DNA of 64,000 nucleotides from an uncultured Chloroflexia bacterium (GTDB taxonomy: Bacteria > Chloroflexota > Anaerolineae > Anaerolineales > UBA4823): assembly GCA_963792075.1 (NCBI GenBank), contig CAWBUW010000002.1, forward strand, positions 376,369 through 440,368, in the 5' to 3' direction. The notes under the pieces were generated by a model, which saw only the letters and a program-made list of their open reading frames with translations, was not told the origin of the DNA and did not search any database. Below are positions 62,174-64,000 of this stretch, piece after piece (within the stretch, counting starts at the first letter, position 1; each line of letters starts with the position of its first letter). The position numbers were made by a program, and so were the translations under genes.

Positions 62174-62435
62174 GGTTTTCTCCAGATTGGCTTGACATTG
62201 GTTCGGCGCATAGCCTAAAAGACTACACAACCAAAAGACACATTGGAATACTTTGTATTTTAAGTCACAGATTAGAAGAAGATAAGTACAAAATGTCACA
62301 AATACTCAGGGATATATGTAATCTTGCGGTGAAGTAAATATGTCTGCTGTTAGGCAGTCCCCCAGAAGCAAAATTTCTCCCCGTATTGGGGAGAAATTTT
62401 CATATCGATCTAGAAATTTGGATTCTGGGTGGCGT

Positions 62436-62553
62436 GGGGTTATCCAAAAAGACAAAAAACAAGGAGAAAATATACGTATCTGTGGGGGTGGTGCGAAGCA
62501 CCACCCCCACAGATACGTATTAATTTTCTTCCTTTGTTTCTTTTTGGACAGCT
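62436..62553. mobile_element. Palindromic MITE-like element, copy 3, nested in another hairpin
   Basis: Same family as 13837 and 46677. Flanked by IR tctgggtggcgtg / cacgccacccaga. Confidence 0.8.
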
Positions 62554-62575
62554 ACACACGCCACCCAGACTTATA

Positions 62576-63863
62576 TCAAGGAGCCGGCGTGGTTTCACCG
62601 GCAGTTGCAGGCCGGTCATGGTAACCTGTAGCGCCTGCGAGTAATTCTTCATCGGTCTTAACCGACCCCATCCCGCCGCCATGACAGTTACGGCAGGCAT
62701 AGTTCAGGCTGATCTGCGAAAGGGCGTAGGTTTTTTCTGTGTCGCCTTCCGTAACGGTGACAAATTGGTCAACCTGGGTTGGGTCAATCGCCATCAGGTG
62801 CGTGCGGATGTCACCGGTAAACTTTTGAGGATCGCCCCAGGCCGACTTGTCACTCAGGGGCATGTGACATGAAGTGCAGGCCACGTTTATTGCGGTGTGA
62901 ACCGCGTTTTTCTGGTACTTGGCCTCCTCAAAGTGACAGTTTGCGCACTGCGTGCGCGTGGTTGCCACTTTCTCCTGGCGTAACTGCACCACGCCCGAGT
63001 GCGGATCATGGCAGTCCGCGCATTTCAACGTCAAATGTTTGCTCTGGAAGATTTCATTATACTGTTCTTGATGGTTGATGAAGCCATCCGCAGCGTCTAC
63101 CTGTTCCACTTTGTCGCCCCGGTGGCATTGGCCGCACAACTCCGAGTTCGCGCTCGATTTTCATGGCGATGCCCTTCGGGTTGGTCACATGTAAGCCGCC
63201 AGGTCCGTGGCATGCTTCGCAGCGCACGCCATCTTGTGCCCAGGTTCCAACCAGGCCAGGCAGCCCATCCTGGTTGCCATTCGGGCTGTAGCCCGTAGTG
63301 TGGCATGAAACGCAGGTAGAGAGCAGTTTTTCCTGGCCAGAATTGTAAGTAACCCAACCTGCATCTTTGCCCACGCTGGGGTTGGCAAAGTTCCACTGGT
63401 TCAGGTAGGCTGTATCCCCCGTCTTACCTGGCGCATCGGTGATGAGGTAACCATCCTTGCCAATGAAGTTCGCCTTCCAGGCGTAGCCGCCAACGACGTA
63501 CAGGATATCATTCCAGGTATAGCCCTCAGGCAGCTTATCTAATTTGGTGAAGGGATAGCTGGGGGCCTGTCCGTCGACGATTTTGTTCAGGTTCCAGGGA
63601 TGGCCTGATTTCATGTACGTATCGTAAATATCAGGATGGCAGCCGCCGCAGGTTTGGTCCCCTACATAATCCGCGCCGGATGGGCCGGCAGGGCCGGCCT
63701 CCCCTTGTGTGCCAGCCGGTCCCTGGGGGCCGATCGGACCAGAGGGTCCGGCTGGCCCTTCCGGACCGATGGGGCCTTCTTCCGGACCAGCACAGGCGAC
63801 CAACAGTGCGGATGCAGTCAAGATAGCTATGATTAACAAAAATTTGCGAAAGCTCATGCTCAT
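62576..63863 (-). CDS. Octaheme c-type cytochrome lipoprotein with collagen-like stalk, +1 frameshift at ~63147
   Basis: LVAC lipobox, about 11 Gly-X-Y triplets, 3+5 CxxCH. Removing one base gives [14 protein letters not shown]. Confidence 0.8.
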
Positions 63864-63922
63864 TCTCCTCAGTTCAGTGTGAGATTATTATATCAGATAT
63901 TAAAATCAGGTTAAGGAAGGGT

Positions 63923-63966
63923 TGGGGGTACAACACGCTGCGCTTTGCGAGCGTGTTGTACCCCCA
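63923..63966. repeat. Intergenic hairpin element (GCTTTGC apex)
   Basis: tgggggtacaacacgct(g)cgc-ttt-gcgagcgtgttgtaccccca. Confidence 0.7.
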
Positions 63967-64000
63967 TATTTCTCTATTGCACTTCCCCTGGCGGTGCTTT

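Overview
This 64 kb window is bacterial chromosome, most likely from an Anaerolineae (Chloroflexota) genome. That assignment is inferred from gene style: VEVVKT-repeat lipoproteins, a baseplate-J-like gene inside the alaS-yqgF-mltG block, and -10-only leaderless promoters. The first 46 kb are mostly housekeeping genes: mutL, a sirtuin/two-component operon, tilS, a phosphonate-type ABC transporter, folC, lon, mltG, yqgF, alaS, mscL, peptidases, metY-metA, DUF58/transglutaminase and a MATE pump. Two AT-rich islets interrupt them: an AAA/DUF4143-PadR block and a decayed AbiE toxin-antitoxin pair. The last 16.5 kb are a large multiheme cytochrome cluster with 52 CxxCH motifs plus 2 atypical ones. 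It includes two split CbcL-like c/b modules, a NapC/NirT-type protein, an NrfC/NrfD-type module, two lipid-anchored surface cytochromes and an embedded two-component system. Other notable items: (i) about 15 intergenic hairpin elements with GC(G/A)AAGC-type apices, one with a target-site duplication and one family with flip/flop loop isomers; (ii) a Met-rich leader peptide plus terminator upstream of metY-metA; (iii) a tyrosine-recombinase homologue lacking most catalytic residues. Three single-base insertions and one in-frame stop suggest residual assembly errors. No rRNA, tRNA or CRISPR array was recognised.
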